NCBI RefSeq assembly: GCF_000142905.1
Contig: NW_013657650.1
Span: forward strand, 268,420 to 332,419
Length of the DNA: 64,000 nucleotides
DNA from: Thecamonas trahens ATCC 50062
Taxonomy: Eukaryota > Protista > Apusomonadida
Direction: 5' to 3'
Each line of letters starts with the position of its first letter. The first letter of the stretch is position 1. The translations under genes and the position numbers were made by a program. Below the pieces are notes generated by a model, which was given only the letters and a program-made list of their open reading frames with translations, was not told the origin of the DNA and ran no database searches. Below, piece by piece: positions 19,822-31,700 of the stretch.

Positions 19822-21726
19822 CTAGCTTTGGGAGTCGTCGCTTGCGCGCTCGGCCCCTGACCCATGCTCGACGTCGCTTCTCTCATCACTTGCGCTCGCC
19901 CGTGTCATCTCAACCTCTCCGCTCTCGCTCTCGTGCGCCGGCCCGACCTTGGCCGTCCGTTTCGACGCTGCGCCGGCGATTCCACCGGCTGCGAGCAGCC
20001 ACGCCACCGACCACATGTGCCGTTCGCCCCAAGCGATAAATTTGAGAGCGATAAACGCAGGCTCAGAGACAAGGTACGTGGAGACCCAAGTAGCACCGAT
20101 CTGGCCGAGGATGGCGCCGACGTCGATGTTGTGAGAGTCGCCCACAACCTCCGGCCCGGCGACCAGAAAGAATGCTGCGCCGCCGGCACCCACCACCGCC
20201 AGCCCTACGCCGATCGCCATGGCCACAGCCCGCGGGACCTTAGGCCCGTCTGCAAGGAACGGGCCGTCCTGCACTGTCGTCCGGAACAGCTCCACACCCA
20301 GCACCGTCGACAGGATGGTGCCCACCACAAATGAGAGCAGGAACGACGAGCCGATGTTCTCGATCGATCCGCCGGGCTCCGCCAGGTTGTCGAGATTGAG
20401 CGCAGCCACAACCGCCACAGACAAGACCTGCAGCAGCAGCGAGAGCGTCAGGCCTATGATTCGCGGAATGAACGAGTACGGATCGCCGACCGGGTGGGCG
20501 AAAATGCCGATGATTGACGACTCGCGCATGATCTTGGTCACAATGTTGACCGAGACCAGGCGGTCCTGGTTGGCGAGAGCAAACGACGAGGCCTTGGACC
20601 GCTTGAAAGCAGCGACAATGAGAAAAGCAACTGCGGCAGCGACAATGAGGTAGACCGAGATCGAGGTCGACGACGACGGCGACGAAAAGTGGTCCGGCGA
20701 CGCCTGGAAGCCTTCGCCGCCCGAGTTGGCGAAGCCAAAGCAGCGCGGGTAGACCCATTCGTTGTCGTCAAAGCCTCGCTTGCATCCAGGCGAGACGGTA
20801 AAGTCGACCGGCGGAAAGCCGGCGTCGTTACAGTTGGCCCGATCACAGTCGGGGGTGGAGCAAAGGAGGCCACCCGGCACGCCCGACCGACACTCCATGG
20901 TGAGGAATCCCGAATCCATGGGAATGCATGCTCCAACCTCGGCGTAAAACACCGCATCGGGCGGAGAGTGCAGGCTCGAGCATGTCTCGTTGGACGGCGG
21001 CGTCGGTCCGAACCACGTATGGAACTCGATTCCCTGTACAAACCGCTCCGGCGGCGTGGGGAACCTGTCCAGACACTCGAACTTGCGAAAGCCCTTCTCC
21101 TCATCATGGGAGCGGATGTCCTTATTCGAGTAACATTCGCCTGGTGTGAGGATCTTGGTCAAGGTGAGGTTGTTGACCGGCGGATCGAGCTGGTGCGGAC
21201 AGACGGTGCCGTGCCACACCTCGATCCGGCCGTCCGCCGTGCAGATGATGGCCTCAACCTCATTTGTACAATCATTGCAACTCTGCGAACATGCCCCATC
21301 CACCCCATGCGGTGGATGCGCAAACTCGACCAGCGCCTTGTCCCGTGAGCTGATGACCATCGCCCATTCCGTCCATTCCGCCCGCCACCCGGCCACACAC
21401 GGCCGCCTCGACCCAAGTGAGTCCCCCTTTCTCCCTCCTCCGTCCGCCTAACATGCGCTCTCCATTGCCACGCGTACCATCGCACAGTCGGATCATCGCC
21501 ATAGAGCTGCTCGAGCACATGCTTGAACCCATTAAGTGGAGGCCCAACTGGCCCAGGTGGTACGGGACCTGGCCCAGGTGGTACGGGACCTGGCCCAGGT
21601 GGTACGTGTTGCTCGTCAGGGCCACCAAGAGCAGCACGACGAGGACCAAACTCATGCACCTCCGCATGACGGTGGCGTATATAAGGGAACTCATGCACCT
21701 CCGCATGACGGTGGCGTATATAAGGG
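19822..21726 (-). CDS. Multi-pass membrane protein with Cys-rich extracellular region; intron 21350-21477; true 5' end unresolved
   Basis: ORF 19822-21396 has many Cys followed by ~6 hydrophobic helices. Intron GTACGC..ACTCAC..CAG joins in phase to an upstream PPGPGPV-repeat exon (..GDDPTVRC|SRDK..). Confidence 0.55.
21649..21726. repeat. Perfect 39-bp tandem duplication; a 21-bp x3 repeat lies nearby at ~21549-21606
   Basis: aactcatgcacctccgcatgacggtggcgtatataaggg occurs twice head-to-tail; tggcccaggtggtacg occurs three times with 21-bp period. Confidence 0.85.
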
Positions 21727-22452
21727 GGGGGGGGTAGTTGGGTGCGGGTTTGTACGAGTAACCTCACCCTTGCTTGCCTCTTTCCTGGCGTCGAGTGTCT
21801 GCCTCTAGGTACCAATCAGTCTCTCTGCTATCCTGTTGGTCGTTGTCTTCGTGTCGTCTTGGTCGTCGTCCCCGTTCTCCACACTTTTCCGCCAATATGG
21901 GCGGCGTTGTGTCACGCCCTTCCCGCCTTTTCTTTTTGAAGGAGCACCGAGGGAATGCGCGCAAGCTGTGGAAATGCGACGAGCTCAGCCCGCTGTGTCA
22001 CGCCATCATGCTCGATGTCGAGTCGGAGTGAGTGAGCAACCAGCGTGGTGGTGATGGTGATCTTGGCGCTATTCCCAGCCGTGATGTCGTCCCACACTGA
22101 CAGAAGCATTCCGTGACGGAACAAGCCGCCTCCAAGCGAGATAACAATGGAGGCAATACTACCACCCCAGCTCCGCAAGCCGTTGATGGCATTACTCAGA
22201 GTTGTCACGATCGCCTTGAGGCTCCTGAACGTGCTCCTCGACGGCTACTTCTTCGCCGTCGTTCGCTTTTACTCCCAATTGCGCCGCGGCTATGATGTTT
22301 GGCCTAATTCGGCGTTCGGCCGATCCTGTGGGCCATCCACGGCGAGGCACCGACCCTCCCTCCCCTCCCTCCCCCTCCCTCCCTCGCACCGGCGCTCTGA
22401 CCAGGAATCACGTTCGTTCTCTCGCCACACCTCTCTCGAGAGCACGCCACAC

Positions 22453-23969
22453 ATGAAGGCAGGAGTAGTTGCGGCTGTAGGCGCGGCGGTGGCAGCGACG
22501 GCTGCGACTGCATTCTACGCCGGGGCACGCTACGCGGCGGGCAGCCGGAGCGAGTCGACGGCTTCGACGAGGACGGACACCAAGACAGGGGCAGGGGCAG
22601 GGGCAGGGGCTGGAGCTGAGAGCGTGGGCGATGGAGGGATCGGCGGAGGATGTGATGCGGACGATGAGCTCCTTCATGCGCAGCAGTTCAAGCGTTGCGT
22701 GGCGTTCCTGGGCGAGGAGGGCTTTGGCCGGCTGCGTGGGGCGACGGTGGTGGTGGTGGGATGCGGCGGCGTCGGCTCGCACTGCGCGCACATGCTCGCG
22801 CGATCAGGGGTGGGTACGCTTGTGCTGATTGACTTTGACCAAGTGACACTCTCGTCGCTCAACCGCCACGCGACGGCGACGTGGGCGGACGTGGGCAAGC
22901 CCAAGGTGACGGCGATGGCGGCGGCGTTTGCGGCGTCGGCGCCGGCTGTCAAGGTTGTGGCCAAGCCACTGATGTTCACAGGCGAGGCCGCAGCCGAGCT
23001 GCTGCTGGGCGCGGGCGGTGAGGCGCCGGACTTTGTCATCGACTGCATCGACAACCGCAAGACCAAGGTCGACCTGCTCATGTACTGCACCGACAACGAC
23101 ATTCCAGTGGTGTCGTCGATGGGCGCCGGCGCGCGGGCGGACCCGTCGCGCATCCGGGTGGCAGACATCATGGAGACGTCGGCTGACGCGTTTGCACGGC
23201 GGCTCCGTGCCGATCTGCGCAAGCGCGGCCTGACCAAGCCTATCCCGTGCGTGTACTCGACTGAGCCGGCCGGCTCGACGCTCGCGCCACTGCCGGCCGA
23301 GGTCGCGGCGGCACCCGACGAGTACACCCTCTTCCCGGACCTGCACTTTCGGGTCTCGATCATTCCGGTCCTCGGCATGGTGCCGGCCATGTTTGGCAAC
23401 GCGCTCGCGGCATTTGTCGTCATGGAGATCAGCCGCCCCGTCGAGCCGGTGCCGGACGAGGTTGCGCTCGACCCGGATGCGCCGGCGTCCAAGACCCGCG
23501 TTGCGCCGTCCAAGGTGGTGAACCACGCCCAGGGCGCGCCGAACCGCAACGAGCGTTTTTTGCCAACCTTGCCGGCGATGCACGCCAACACAAGGAGACC
23601 GAGGCGGAGCGGTCGCCGCTCGGGGCCGAGCTCGACGCCGCCTTTCCGGGCTGGACCTTTTCCAAGGCCGACGCCAAGTATGTGGCCATCGAAATGTGGC
23701 ACAATGTGTCGGCCCGGCGTGGGCACGCCTCGCGCCGGCTCACACTTGTTCGGTGGGATCCGGCGGCGCCATCGGTCCCGGCCAACCTCGTGCTTGTCAC
23801 CCGGAAAGAGGCCAAGGCCATGAGCGCCGTCCCGCTGGCCGAGCGCGCCGCCCGCTATGGCACCGACTGGGTCGCCTGGGTCGAGTCGCGCCTCGCCATG
23901 GGCCGCGCCTACATGGAGCGCGTCCGCGACGAAGCCGCCGCCATGGCCAGTGCCGATGCCGACGCGTAG
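22453..23969 (+). CDS. ThiF-family tRNA threonylcarbamoyladenosine dehydratase (TcdA/TCD1-2-like); frameshift at T6 run 23556-23561
   Basis: VVVGCGGVGSH, LIDFDQVTLSSLNRHA, DCIDN..TKVDL, SSMGAG...DP, IIPVLG.VPAMFG; N-terminal anchor; the C-terminal LTLVRWD....NLVLVTRKEA block lies in a shifted frame. Confidence 0.88.
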
Positions 23970-24649
23970 AGCCTGCTCCAGTATATCCCAGCAAATGCGC
24001 CACCAGCATGTGCGCCATCAGCATGTGCGCCATCAGCTTGTGCGCCCTGAGCATGTTCGACCGGACATGCCATGTCGCACAAGCCAAGCTGTAAACCGGC
24101 ACACCGGCACACCTGTGCATGGTCTGTAGTAGAGGCACTGCCATCCCAGCGTGTGCCTGGGAAGGTGATGATGGGGAAGATGTTATGATGGATGAGCGGG
24201 AGCTTGTGCAGCAGACCTTGAACTTGCATGTGATTCATTCGACGACAACCAATGAATGCGTAAGGAGGTCGAGGGAGGGAAAGGAAGAGGAGGAGGGAGG
24301 GGGGGGGAAGGGGGGGGGGAGGGGGGAGGGGAGGGGGGAGGGGAGGGGGAGCCATTTGAACTAATATGGAAGCCATCTCGGAAATAGTCAGACTGTTTGG
24401 AGTATTCCGAATTGGCGCTGACTGTGGACCACACCGCACTCAACCAGCCCACACCCGACCAATCTAACAGTCCTCACCCCTTCCTCACTCCCCCACCCCC
24501 CCCCCACCCCACCCTCCACCCCCCACCACGCCACATACTACGACACACTCTGGTGTACCTCTGGTTGTACCCTTCTCCATCCCCCCCCTTGCTGGCTATC
24601 CAAGTGGTGAACAAGAAGCATACCCGCACGTGCGAGCTGACTACCAACC

Positions 24650-25513
24650 ATGTCGTCCATGGTCTCTCTGGTCCGCAAGGCACTCCGTCGGCCACCGTCA
24701 CCACCACCGTCATCTCCAGTTGCAGGCTATTCTCCGTCAAAACGATTTGGTGATAATGGTCCGGCGTCGGCTTCGTCTGCCCATGCCGCGCCCAACTCGT
24801 CGCCTCATCATCATCCTCCTCATCATCACGCCCTCAAGCCAAGGGCTCTTGCTACCAAGCTTGCCGCATGTATGGTTGTCCCTGATGCCGATGACTGTGC
24901 CCTTGGCCAGGCAGACATGGATGGTCTGGCTGCGGCTGCGGCGGGCGAAGATGCTGATCTTTATCCGCCGCGCCACATGCGGGCGCTCAGTGACGACGAT
25001 GACGGCGACGACGACGATGGCCTGCTGATCGGCCACGCCCAGTTTGGCGCTTTCCAGGACAGCGATGAAGACGTCGATGACGACGATGAGTGGGTCCTGG
25101 TCGAGTTTGATGACCTCAACTCGCTGCTCATCACAGACGCGCTGGCCGCAGGAGCAGCCGCCGACACTGCAGCCGCTGAAGACGCCGACGCAGGCCTTGC
25201 CGGCCTAGCGTCGATGGACGTCGCAGGCGGCATGGCCCACGTGCCGGGCCTCCCCACTGCGCTCAGCAGACGCAAGCGCCGCCGCGACGCGCTCGAGCTC
25301 GCGTCTCAAGCGCCGGGCGTCTTCCCGGCCTTCTCTATGCTCCCCAAGATCGACGACGACTTTGTCGGCGACGTCGACGCCGACTATCACACAATCCCTT
25401 TCCGCTCGCACCCGACCGGGCGCACAGGCTCCTCATTCTCATCACTGCCGGAGATGGGCTCGTCTCGCGGTTTGGTCCGGCCGCGCAAGCGGCGCAAGTC
25501 GCTGCAGGACTGA
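24650..25513 (+). CDS. Hypothetical low-complexity protein with acidic tracts and NLS-like basic motifs
   Basis: 287-aa ORF with coding-like codon pattern; SRRKRRR and PRKRRKS; no family recognised. Confidence 0.6.
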   Translation: MSSMVSLVRKALRRPPSPPPSSPVAGYSPSKRFGDNGPASASSAHAAPNSSPHHHPPHHHALKPRALATKLAACMVVPDADDCALGQADMDGLAAAAAGEDADLYPPRHMRALSDDDDGDDDDGLLIGHAQFGAFQDSDEDVDDDDEWVLVEFDDLNSLLITDALAAGAAADTAAAEDADAGLAGLASMDVAGGMAHVPGLPTALSRRKRRRDALELASQAPGVFPAFSMLPKIDDDFVGDVDADYHTIPFRSHPTGRTGSSFSSLPEMGSSRGLVRPRKRRKSLQD

Positions 25514-25648
25514 TCTTAGTGAACAACAGAGTACATCATTCCTTGTGGCCGCCACGAGGGTCGGGCAGCACTTGGTGCACATGTCATCATTCCACGTGGG
25601 CACCATGGGAGCTTGGCCGATAAGATGTAAAACGAAGGGTTGACGGCT

Positions 25649-26044
25649 CTAGCCACCATCGCCACGCGCCGCGACCAGGCCTGCACAGTACCCGGCGTGG
25701 TACCAGGCGTGGAGCAGGTCTACCAGGACCGGGTCGTCTGCAATCCTCTGCGGCAGCGGAAGCGATGGGGCAATGGTCTCGACTACGTGTGGAGCTTGTT
25801 CGCCATCCGATGCCGATGCCGATGCCGATGCCGATACCTCCTCCCAGGCCCCCGGCAGCAGGTCCGAGCCAACCGAGTCAGCTGAGCCGACCGAGTTGGC
25901 CGACTCATCGACCATGTTGTCGCCTGTTGGTGCACAATCAGGCGGAGGACCAGGGAGAGGAGTCTGAATGTGCTGGTATGTAGCAGATGATGCGAGAGTG
26001 GTGAATGCAGCTGCTAGGGCGTCGTCGTCGATGGGGGCTGCCAT
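25649..26044 (-). CDS. SMN: Minimal SMN (survival motor neuron)-like protein lacking a Tudor domain
   Basis: N-terminal IDDDALAAAF resembles the Gemin2-binding WDD.ALI.A motif; C-terminal LLHAWYHAGYCAG resembles the YG box. Confidence 0.65.
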   Translation of the reverse strand: MAAPIDDDALAAAFTTLASSATYQHIQTPLPGPPPDCAPTGDNMVDESANSVGSADSVGSDLLPGAWEEVSASASASASDGEQAPHVVETIAPSLPLPQRIADDPVLVDLLHAWYHAGYCAGLVAARGDGG

Positions 26045-26182
26045 GGCGGGAGTGAGGTGGTGGCCGGAGCTGAAAGGGGGGGAGGCGGGCAGCGACAGGA
26101 GGGAGAAGGCGAGTGATCGCGACAAGGTGAATGGGCACGTGTTTGCGTGTGAGGACAGACAGGGGCAATATGGGCGGAGAAT

Positions 26183-27545
26183 CTACAGCTCCTTGGGCGG
26201 CGGCGGCGGCGGCGGCTTGGAGATGACCGGCGGCTTGGAGGTCTTGGCAGCCTTTGCTTCGGCGGCGAGAGCAGCGGCGGTGGCGGCGTCGGTGATGACG
26301 GGCGTGGGCGGCGGCGGCGGGATCTTCTCGGCAATGACGACTTCGGAGGCGACGCCCCACTTGGAGATGACGTTGTGGTGGGTGATCTTCCACTGCGAGT
26401 CGGGAAGGTAGTCGCGGGTCCGGATGGGCCGCGAGCCGGCAAGGAGCGGCGGGTAGATGGCGTAGAGCGAGGACCACATCGAGGTGACAAAGGTGGAGAT
26501 CAACGAGTTGCCACGGGTCTGCGAGACGAGGCAGACCCGGCCGTAGTCGTCGCGGACCTCTTTGTGGGCGTAGCTGATGATGGCCTCGATGTCCGAGGGC
26601 GGAATCTTGTCGAGGACGTAGGTGGCGATGACGGCGTCAAAGCCCTTCCAGTTGAGACGCGACGAGCCGTGCTTCGAGTTGCGAGTCCGGCCGACGGCGA
26701 GGTCGTTGCGCGGATCGTCGTCGCGCTTCCAGCGGATGCAAGCACGGCCAGTGTCGAGGTGCTTGGAGACGCGATGGACGGTGGTGTGGAACATCTTCTC
26801 AGAGACCTCAAAGCCCTCGTAGGTGGCGTTGGCCGGCATTCGCTTGTCGAGGAGGAACTGAGCAAGACCACCATTCCCCGGACCAAACTCAAGCACGCCC
26901 CACACATCCTTGAGCTGGCACTTGCGGATCATCTCGTTCATGGCCGGGCCTGCGTACCAGTGGTACAACGTCTCATGCATGTCACCGAGGCTGTGCACGC
27001 CAAAGCAGAGGTGTGCGTGTGTGAGTGATAGGTGATCAGAGGTCGCAGAGTGTGGGGAAGAAAAGGGACCAGAAAAAAGGACTGCCCGACAAAGGGGGGG
27101 GGGTGCTCCAGCAGCAGCCAGCCACAGGTGCCAGGCGAGCCGGGGAAGGGGGCGGGGGGGAGAAGGAATGACGGGGGCGTGGGCATGGGTATGAGTATGG
27201 GGCGTACAAGTCAAAGGCGGAGACCAGTTCGTGCTTAGGAAGGGCGTCGAGTGGCTTCTCTGTGCCAAGCAGCAGCATCTGGCCATGGAGGAAGAGAGCG
27301 AGGAAGGGGAGGGCGAGGAGGAGGAGGCAGATGTACCAGGGGAAGAAGCAGACAGGCGGAGGGAGAGGACGACGCCGCACCACTCTCTTCTTCTTCTTCT
27401 TCCTCTTGCTCCTCACATCATCTGCTCCTCTTCCTCCATCTCCTTCTCCTTCATTGCCATGGCTAGCTGAACCGGGCTGGTGGTCGGCCTTGCGCTGCCG
27501 CAGCTCAGACTGCGTGCTGACCTCAGTTGCCTCTTGGCTGGACAT
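26183..27545 (-). CDS. Class I SAM-dependent methyltransferase with N-terminal TM anchor; intron 26991-27207
   Basis: VLEFGPGNG (motif I), YEGFEVSEKM, FDAVIATYVLD, GRVCLVS; exon 1 has TM WYICLLLLALPFLALFL; GTACGC..ACTCAC..CAG intron is phase-2 compatible. Confidence 0.8.
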
Positions 27546-27624
27546 GACCTTTTCTGGAGTCGAATGTCGGTCGGGCCCGTAGTCACTGCCGACTGTGCTC
27601 GCTGTGGCTGCTGCCCATCACGGT

Positions 27625-28510
27625 CGGCTGTGGGCGGCTGCTTGCCATCACGGTGGACTAAGGACGGCTGCTTGCCATCGCTATTGACTAAGGACGGCTG
27701 CCATCGCTATCGACTGCGGACGGCTGCTTGCCATCACGATTGACTAAGGACGGCTGCCATCGCTATCGACTGCGGGCGGCTGCTGGCCATCACGATTGAC
27801 TAAGGACGGCTGCTTGTCATCACGATTGACTAAGGACGGCTGCTTGTCATCACAATTGACTAAGGACGGCTGCGATCGCTATCGACTGCGTGCGGCTGTT
27901 TGCCATCACGATTGACTAAGGACGGCTGCTTGTCATCACGATGGACTAAGGACGGCTGCTTGTCATCACAATTGACTAAGGACGGCTGCCATCGCTATCG
28001 ACTGCGTGCGGCTGTTTGCCATCACGATTGACTAAGGACGGCTGCTTGTCATCACGATTGACTAAGGACGGCTGCCATCGCTATCGACTGCGGACGGCTG
28101 CTTGCCATCACGATTGACTAAGGACGGCTGCCATCGCTATCGACTGCGGGCGGCTGCTGGCCATCACGATTGACTAAGGACGGCTGCTTGTCATCACAAT
28201 TGACTAAGGACGGCTGCCATCGCTATCGACTGCGGACGGCTGCTTGCCATCACGATTGACTAAGGACGGCTGCTTGTCATCACAATTGACTAAGGACGGC
28301 TGCCATCGCTATCGACTGCGGACGGCTGCTTGCCATCACGATTGACTAAGGACGGCTGCCATCGCTATCGACTGCGTGCGGCTGTTTGCCATCACGATTG
28401 ACTAAGGACGGCTGCTTGTCATCACGATGGACTAAGGACGGCTGCTTGTCATCACAATTGACTAAGGACGGCTGCCATCGCTATCGACTGCACGATTGAC
28501 TCTTGCCATC
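27625..28510. repeat. Non-coding higher-order minisatellite, ~30 units of 26/30 bp
   Basis: Units A GACTAAGGACGGCTGCTTGTCATCAC(G/A)ATT (30 bp), B GACTAAGGACGGCTGCCATCGCTATC (26 bp), C GACTGCG(G/T)(A/G)CGGCTG..TGCCATCACGATT (30 bp); no long ORF across it. Confidence 0.95.
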
Positions 28511-28700
28511 GCTTGGACAAGGGCCATCTACAGGTTGCTTGCCTAGACATTAGATGCTGAGGAGATTAATTAGAGCCTAGTGACTGGTGCAGCTAGGGCA
28601 GCCAGTCAGACGGGTGAGCCGAGCCGATCAGCTGCGGGCAAAGTGTGAGCTGGCGAACAGCTGAGAGGCATTCAGACTGCACTTGGACGAGGCGTGAAGG

Positions 28701-31700
28701 ATGGCAGCGTCCGAGGAGATGGACCCACGGACAGTGATGCAGTTGAAGGTATGTTTGTTTGTCTTGACCTTCCATGTCTCCGCCTTTGTCTCTCTGTACT
28801 GGCTCTCTCTCTCTCTGTCTGTCTGTCTTGTGTCGCTGCGGGTGGTCGACCGCCGAGGTGCCAAGGCGGACCACCGTTGGGGCAGAGAGTCACGGCGAGC
28901 TGAAAGAGGCCAGACCGGAGCGGAAGACGGGTGCGGGGCGAGGGATAGGGAGGAGGAGGAGGAGGACCATGGAAACTTATATAGGGTGGTATCGGGTTTG
29001 GATGACGTGGGTAGACCTTCACCGGATGGGCCAACTTCCATCTGGCGCCACTGAAGAAGGAGTTTGTGTGGGACAAGATTGATGGCGTTGAGCTCTGCCA
29101 GCTGCTGGAGACCATCTCGGGCGATGAGCTGTCCGGGTACAACAAGAATCCTCGGATGGGCTTTATGAAAAACGGCAACGTCCACATGATCCTCGAGTGG
29201 CTGGAGAAACACGAGATTCCGGTCCACGGCCTCGACTCGGACTCGATCGTCTCGGGGCACATCAAGTCGGTCCTGGGCCTACTGTGGGTCATCATTCTCC
29301 GCGTCGACATTGCTCAGTATCTCAACGACGATAATCTGGCGTACGACGAGAACGGGAAGAAGTTGACACCCAAGCGCGCTCTCCTCCAGTGGGTCCGACG
29401 AGCCATGCCCGAAGGCTTTGATACTGACATCACCAACTTTAAGGGCTCTTTCCGCGACGGCAAGGTCTTTTGTCACCTCATCAATGACGTCGTAGCCGGC
29501 GGAGTGCCCGAAGAAGTGCTCAACTCGGGCGACGCAGCCCTGACACTCAAGACCGCTTTTGACGTTGCCCACACTGAGCTGGGCATTCCCAAGCTTCTCG
29601 ATGTCGAGCAGTTTCTAGACGAGGACGTGCCGCTCGACGACCTCTCGGTCATCACCTACGTCTCGTACTTTCGCAAGGCCGAAGCTAAGGCGAAGGAAGG
29701 CCTTTCGCTCAAGACTGACCGCGAGCCCGAGCCTGAGCCCGAGCCCGAGCCTGAGCCCGAGCCCGAGCCCGAGCTCGGGACACAGCCTGAGCCCGAGCCC
29801 GAGGCACAGCCTGACGAGAGCGATGCGCTCCGGTCTCGTGTCGCTGAGCTGGAGGCACAGGTGGCGTCGCTGACGTCGGAAGCCGAGGCGGCTGCATTGT
29901 CACAGGCTGAGAAGGACGCGATTTCTGCGCGGGCGCTGCAGGCAGCGACCGAATCGGATGCCGATCTGCGTGGACGATTGCCGAGCTTGAGTCACGAGTC
30001 CATGAGTTGGACGGAAGCGTGCGAGACGCCGATGCCGACAAAGCAGTGCTGCAGGCCAAGGTGGAGAGCCTCGAGGCAGCCGAAAGCGACATGCAACACT
30101 CACTCCAGACGGCTATAGCCGGCATCCACGAGGCCAGCAAAGCATCGATGACACCTGCGGTGCTGGGCGAGATCCAAGGCCATGCCGCGACGATCGATGG
30201 AGTGGCCGGGATCCCGTCGGCAGAGTCACTCGAGGCAACACTAGAGATGCTGGGCATGACTCTCATGGAGGCTCAGGTGCAGGCTGCGACTGCATCGGAC
30301 GCAGACAATACCATTGCCGAGCTGCACACCAAGCTGCGCGACCTGAAGGCCAAGTCGGCGACACATGCCGCCTTGCTTGGGTCGATCGAGGAGACGATGG
30401 CTGCACACGGGGCCGAGGCAGTCGACTCGGACGACGAGGCAGTACGGGCCGATGCTGCGGCGCGGCTGCAGCAGCTGTTGCAAGCTTCGGCCGACACAAA
30501 GGCCGGTCTCGAGTCACAGGTTGCAGAGTCAGCAGCTCGCACGTCCGAGCTGGAGAACACCGTGGCGGGTACAAAGCTACGATCGCGATGCTCAAGAGCG
30601 CGGGCTCTGAGCGCGATTCCGCGATTGCCGACGATGAGGCCCAGATTGCCAAGTTGGAGCAGGTAGTTGCAAAGCACGAGGCTTCCATTGCCGAGCTGGA
30701 GGCCGTAGTGGGCAAGCGAGATGTGGCCGTGGCCGAGAAGGAGAGCAAGATATCCGAGCTGGAAGCAGCCATTGCGTCACTCGAAAGCATCGGAGCCAAC
30801 CGCGACACGGCTGCGAGTGAGCGGGCTGCCAAGATCACTGAGCTGGAAGCCGCAGTGAGCGAGCGCGACGCGACTGTGGCTGCTCGAGATGCAACGGTAG
30901 TTGAGCTCGAGGCCGCCATGGGTGCACGAGACGCCATGATCGCCGAGAAGGATACCATTATCACTGAGCTCGAGGCAGCGGCGCTCGAACGTGTGGCTGC
31001 CATGGAGAAGAAGGACACCCAAGTCGCCGAGTTGGAGAGTGTAGTGGCCGAGAGGGACGCAGCCATCGCGTCACTGAAGAGCATCGGCGCCGACCAAGAT
31101 ACTGCACTTTGCGAGCGCGATGTCGCACTTGCAGACAGCAAGGCCAAGGTCTCACAGCTGGAATCAACGGTTTCAGACAAGGAGGACAAGATCTCTCAGC
31201 TCGAGTCCACGGTGGCACGGAGCGAGGCAGAGCTCACCAAGAAGGAGAGAAGGATTTCGGAGTTGGAGTCTGCCGTGGCGGACAACGGAAGCACGCTTGC
31301 CAGCAGGGAGAGCACGGTCGCGGAGCTTGAGTCTGCAGTGGCCGACAAGGAGGCCGTGATTGTTGACCGGGAGACCAAGATATCTGATCTTGAGTCGACT
31401 GTGGTCGACAAGGAGGCCATCATCGCCGACAACGAGACCAAGATCTCTGAGCTCGAGTCCGCCGCGGTCGAGAATGAGACCAAGATCTCTGAGCTCGAGT
31501 CGACGGTGGCTGACAACGAGACCAAGATCACTGAGCTTGAGTCGACTGTGGCTGACAACGAGACCAAGATCACTGAGCTCGAATCCGCCGCGGTCGAGAA
31601 TGAGACCAAGATCACTGAGCTTGAGTCGACTGTGGTAGAGAATGAGACCAAGATCTCTGAGCTCGAGTCCGCCGCGGTCGAAACGAGACCAAGATCACTG

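Noticed and set aside
23995-24055. 15-bp x3-4 repeat (catcagcatgtgcgc) after the TCD stop
   Set aside because: Short, degenerate 3' UTR repeat with no evidence of function.
27625-28510. CRISPR array
   Set aside because: The sequences between conserved cores are short and recur rather than being unique spacers; no cas genes; eukaryotic context.
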